Position numbers and translations under genes: made by a program. DNA of 64,000 nt from Candidatus Nomurabacteria bacterium (GTDB lineage Bacteria; Patescibacteriota; Saccharimonadia; Saccharimonadales; HK-STAS-PATE-42): positions 146,801-210,800 of the forward strand of contig CP060233.1 in the NCBI GenBank assembly GCA_023898665.1, in the 5' to 3' direction. Of this stretch, positions 61,286 through 64,000 are shown one piece after another. Within the stretch, counting starts at the first letter, position 1. Every line of letters begins with the position of its first letter. Under the pieces are notes generated by a model that was not told the origin of the DNA, ran no database searches, and saw nothing but the letters and a program-made list of their open reading frames with translations.

Positions 61286-62174
61286 ATCCTTCTTCTATTC
61301 TTTTTTGTAGCTCTTGAAAGCTTTCTAGAAAGTCATATTTATCATTGGTTTCTTCGTTTGCTAATGACCAAAGGCTAAAGCAGGCTGCGGTGTATCGAAC
61401 TGCTAATGGAATGGAGCTTTTCTCTTCTCGAGTTAACTTTTCTCTTTTCTCAAAGCCGGATATGATAAGCCTGCTCACTTCTGGGTAGGTTAGACCAGAT
61501 TCTGGTTGTCTATAGTAGATAACAATACCTAGATCAAGGATTCTTTGTTTGTATTCAACTGTTTCCAAGTCTAAGATAGCAATTATTTTTTTATCTTTTA
61601 TCAAAATATTGCCTTCATTGAGGTCTCCGTGAATAATAGATTGAGGTAAATTGAGTTTAGAGATCTCAGTGTATAGTTTGTCTATGTGAACCCTAATCTC
61701 TTTAGCAGTTTTCTTATCCTTATCTCTAAATTTGAGATTATCTTGATAGCCCGCAGAGAGATAGTTTTCTGGAACTTCTTTGGTTGGGATAGTTGAGTTA
61801 GCCAGTTGAAACCTAGCAATAAGCTCTCCTAGGTCTTCGAGAAGAGAGTTGGGGAATGTTTTTGGGTTTGGGTCGGCTTCTATATAATTAGAAAAAGTTA
61901 TTTTATTAGTGTCGACTTTTAGCAAAATTGGCTTATTATCGTCCTTTAATAGGAGAGGAGAGCCAATTCTAGCCTTGTTAAGCTTAGACTGCACTAGAGC
62001 TTCGAATGCTATATTCTCAGGTTTCTGTTCTTTAAGTATTCTTGCAACGATTTTCTCATTTTTGGAATTCTGGAGTAGGTAGTTTAGGTTAGCGATACCT
62101 GAATCGAATTGTTTTATTAACTTGAAATCTGATTTAAGCTTAGTGTTGATGGCATCTAATATCTTTTGGTCCAT
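61278..62174 (-). CDS. phosphotransferase-family kinase (APH / choline-kinase / homoserine-kinase II fold)
   Basis: IIHGDLNEGNILI (Brenner motif) and ILDLET. The ORF-track start at 62288 overlaps ychF by 110 nt. The ATG at 62174 (MDQKILD) lies 4 nt after the ychF stop. Confidence 0.7.
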   Translation of the reverse strand: MDQKILDAINTKLKSDFKLIKQFDSGIANLNYLLQNSKNEKIVARILKEQKPENIAFEALVQSKLNKARIGSPLLLKDDNKPILLKVDTNKITFSNYIEADPNPKTFPNSLLEDLGELIARFQLANSTIPTKEVPENYLSAGYQDNLKFRDKDKKTAKEIRVHIDKLYTEISKLNLPQSIIHGDLNEGNILIKDKKIIAILDLETVEYKQRILDLGIVIYYRQPESGLTYPEVSRLIISGFEKREKLTREEKSSIPLAVRYTAACFSLWSLANEETNDKYDFLESFQELQKRIEEGFK

Positions 62175-62178
62175 AGGC

Positions 62179-63252
62179 TTAAACGTTAAAGCGGAATTCG
62201 ACGACGTCGTCAGGTTGCATGATGTAGTTCCGTCCTTCGGTGTGGATTTTTCCGGCGGCTTTGACAGCGCTTTCGGAGCCAGCTTCAATGAGGTCTTGGT
62301 AATTAATGACTTGAGCAGCTATAAAACCTCGTTCGAAGTCTCCATGGATGACGCCTGCAGCCTGCGGGGCGGTTGCGCCAGTTTTTATGGTCCAGGCTCT
62401 AACTTCTTCTGGTCCGGCTGTTAAATAACTCTGTAGGCCTAAAAGTTTATATGCGCTAGAAATTACTTTTTGAAGTCCACTTTCTGTTTGGCCGTATTCG
62501 GCAAGTAATTCTGAAGAGCTTTCTTCATCAAGCTCACTTAATTCTTCTTCTAGTTTGGCGTTTACAAAAAGAGCTGGGTTATTCGGCACAAGAGCTTGGA
62601 GTTTTTGTTTGTTTTCATCATTTTGTAAGTCTTCTTCTGAGACGTTAAAGATATACATGGTTGGTTTGGTCGAGAAGAGATTAAGATCTTTTAGGTCAGC
62701 TTTTTGTTCTTCATCTAAATCAGGTATTTCTCCTGATTGAAGACTCTCAAGAACTAAATGGTATAAATCATCCAAAGGCTTTAATTTAGGGTTTGATTTA
62801 ACTTCTTTTTTAAAGTTTTGAATGCGTTTTTCTAGGGTGGCTAAATCGGCTAAGATTAACTCGGTTTTAATAATCTCAATGTCTTGAGCGGGGTGGATTC
62901 TGTCTGCAACGTGCAGAATATCATCGTTTTTAAAGTCTCTTACAACTTGGGCAATGGCATCACATTCACGAATGTGGCTTAAGAATTTATTACCTAAGCC
63001 TTCTCCTTTTGAAGCTCCTTCAACGAGTCCGGCGATATCGACAAAATTGATTGTAGCTGGAATTATCTTTTTAGAATTGTAAAGCTCAGCAAGTGCTTTT
63101 AAGCGATCATCAGGCACTTCGACAATACCAGTATTCGGCTCAATGGTTGCAAAAGGGTAATTAGCGGCGAGAGCCCCAGCTTTTGTAAGAGCGTTAAAAA
63201 GGGTAGATTTACCAACATTTGGGAGACCAACTATTCCAATTTTGAGTGACAT
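62179..63252 (-). CDS. ychF: redox-regulated ATPase YchF
   Basis: MSLKIGIVGLPNVGKSTLFNALT G1 motif and a C-terminal TGS-like region. Length 357 aa. Confidence 0.95.
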   Translation of the reverse strand: MSLKIGIVGLPNVGKSTLFNALTKAGALAANYPFATIEPNTGIVEVPDDRLKALAELYNSKKIIPATINFVDIAGLVEGASKGEGLGNKFLSHIRECDAIAQVVRDFKNDDILHVADRIHPAQDIEIIKTELILADLATLEKRIQNFKKEVKSNPKLKPLDDLYHLVLESLQSGEIPDLDEEQKADLKDLNLFSTKPTMYIFNVSEEDLQNDENKQKLQALVPNNPALFVNAKLEEELSELDEESSSELLAEYGQTESGLQKVISSAYKLLGLQSYLTAGPEEVRAWTIKTGATAPQAAGVIHGDFERGFIAAQVINYQDLIEAGSESAVKAAGKIHTEGRNYIMQPDDVVEFRFNV

Positions 63253-63299
63253 ATATGCATATTATAACAGGTTCAACGGGGAGAATATCTAGGTGAATA

Positions 63300-63584
63300 T
63301 TATGAGCGGTAGTATTTTCTTAAGATCTGTTCTTTGTCGGGTCGAGAGGTTTTTATTTCTCGAGATAGTACTATGATGGTGGTTAAGATTGAGAATGAAA
63401 ACATTGATGCACCGAGGATACGAAGTTTAGTAGATTTTGGACTGGTATTGATATTGTGCTTAATCTCACTAGCGGTGGGGCTTGCGTATGTGTGATTGTT
63501 TATAGATAGTGAGCTTGCTCCGGCTAAAAATAGAGCCGAGAGGGTCAATGTCGCGCACCACCAAAGGGCGTGTAATATTTTCAT
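63300..63584 (-). CDS. hypothetical small secreted/membrane protein
   Basis: 94-aa ORF with an N-terminal signal-like helix and a second hydrophobic segment. Confidence 0.4.
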   Translation of the reverse strand: MKILHALWWCATLTLSALFLAGASSLSINNHTYASPTASEIKHNINTSPKSTKLRILGASMFSFSILTTIIVLSREIKTSRPDKEQILRKYYRS

Positions 63585-63702
63585 TTTTTAGGTAATTTGT
63601 TTTAATTTTTCCGTATTTATTTGTTGGAGAATACGGAGATTGGTTCAATGTGTAGTAGAATTATAACCAAACTTTGATCGTTTTAACAAACCTGTTCAAA
63701 AA

Positions 63703-64000
63703 ATGAATAAATCTAAAGCTAAGAAATTTAAAAAGAAATTACTCTCAATAGAATCTTATTATTTAGCAGGGATAGCGCTTGCAGTATCCCTTTTATTTAA
63801 GGGGGGCTTATTTTTATCCCCTGCCGTGGCAATTTCGGCATATTTTTCTTGGGAGATTTTTAGAGATGATATTAAAGAATATAAAGTCAGCCACTTTAGT
63901 TTAACTGGATTATTAGTTGGTGGCATAGGGATGGCAGTAGCCGGTGCTCATTTTGATGTGTCAATTTTAAGAGGAGTTATCTTCTTCTTTATTGGTTGGG
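63703..64000 (+). CDS. hypothetical membrane protein (5' part; runs off the right edge)
   Basis: Open frame from the ATG at 63703 to the window end: MNKSKAKKFKKKLLSIESYYLAGIALAVSLLF... with several hydrophobic helices. Confidence 0.4.
   Translation, partial: MNKSKAKKFKKKLLSIESYYLAGIALAVSLLFKGGLFLSPAVAISAYFSWEIFRDDIKEYKVSHFSLTGLLVGGIGMAVAGAHFDVSILRGVIFFFIGW

Noticed and set aside
62175-62288. N-terminal 38 codons of the track ORF 61278-62288, which overlap ychF by 110 nt.
   Set aside because: The kinase-fold homology starts after the internal Met at 62174, which lies 4 nt downstream of the ychF stop. The extension is low-complexity sequence antisense to a conserved gene.
1-64000. Alternative genetic code (UGA recoding, as in some CPR lineages).
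   Set aside because: Conserved genes end at TGA at their expected lengths, e.g. nrnA at 56541-56543. No conserved protein shows an in-frame TGA.

Overview
The window is a compact, gene-dense bacterial chromosome segment. GC is low (about 38-40% by eye, not computed) and the genetic code is standard: TGA acts as a stop, e.g. at the end of nrnA. Housekeeping genes dominate: argS, metG, folD, mscL, ftsH, tilS, rnj, tsaD, pnp, rpsO, an LCP-family gene, lepB, truB, parAB, rpoD, dnaG, valS, uvrB, ftsK, cysS, rpsF-ssb-rpsR, efp and ychF. Short orphan genes are scattered between them. RNase J, HrcA, an LCP protein, a sortase-type sorting signal and the very tight packing suggest a streamlined Patescibacteria/CPR genome, most plausibly Saccharibacteria-like; this is inference only. 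There is one tRNA, tRNA-Lys(CUU). I saw no rRNA, CRISPR array, transposase, integrase or recognisable defence system.

Observations most worth follow-up:
1. Three tiny single-gene cassettes sit downstream of tRNA-Lys. Each has its own terminator and promoter, and each ends in a copy of the tRNA 3' end.
2. A single-gene insertion at the 3' end of cysS is flanked by a perfect 27-bp duplication of the cysS terminus.
3. The palindrome AAGCTT, and its extension TTAAGCTTAA, is strongly over-represented in both coding and non-coding DNA.
4. Extended -10 boxes (TGnTATAAT) lie 6-9 nt upstream of many ATG start codons, implying widespread leaderless mRNAs. Leaderless mini-ORFs also precede valS and metG.
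5. The DnaG primase has all four zinc ligands substituted.
6. pnp has no ATG, GTG or TTG start codon and is separated from rpsO by an orphan gene on the opposite strand.
7. Orphan genes flanking valS share a near-identical promoter containing an inverted-repeat operator.

Everything here rests on reading the sequence and on remembered family motifs. No database search was run, and all motif counts are hand counts.
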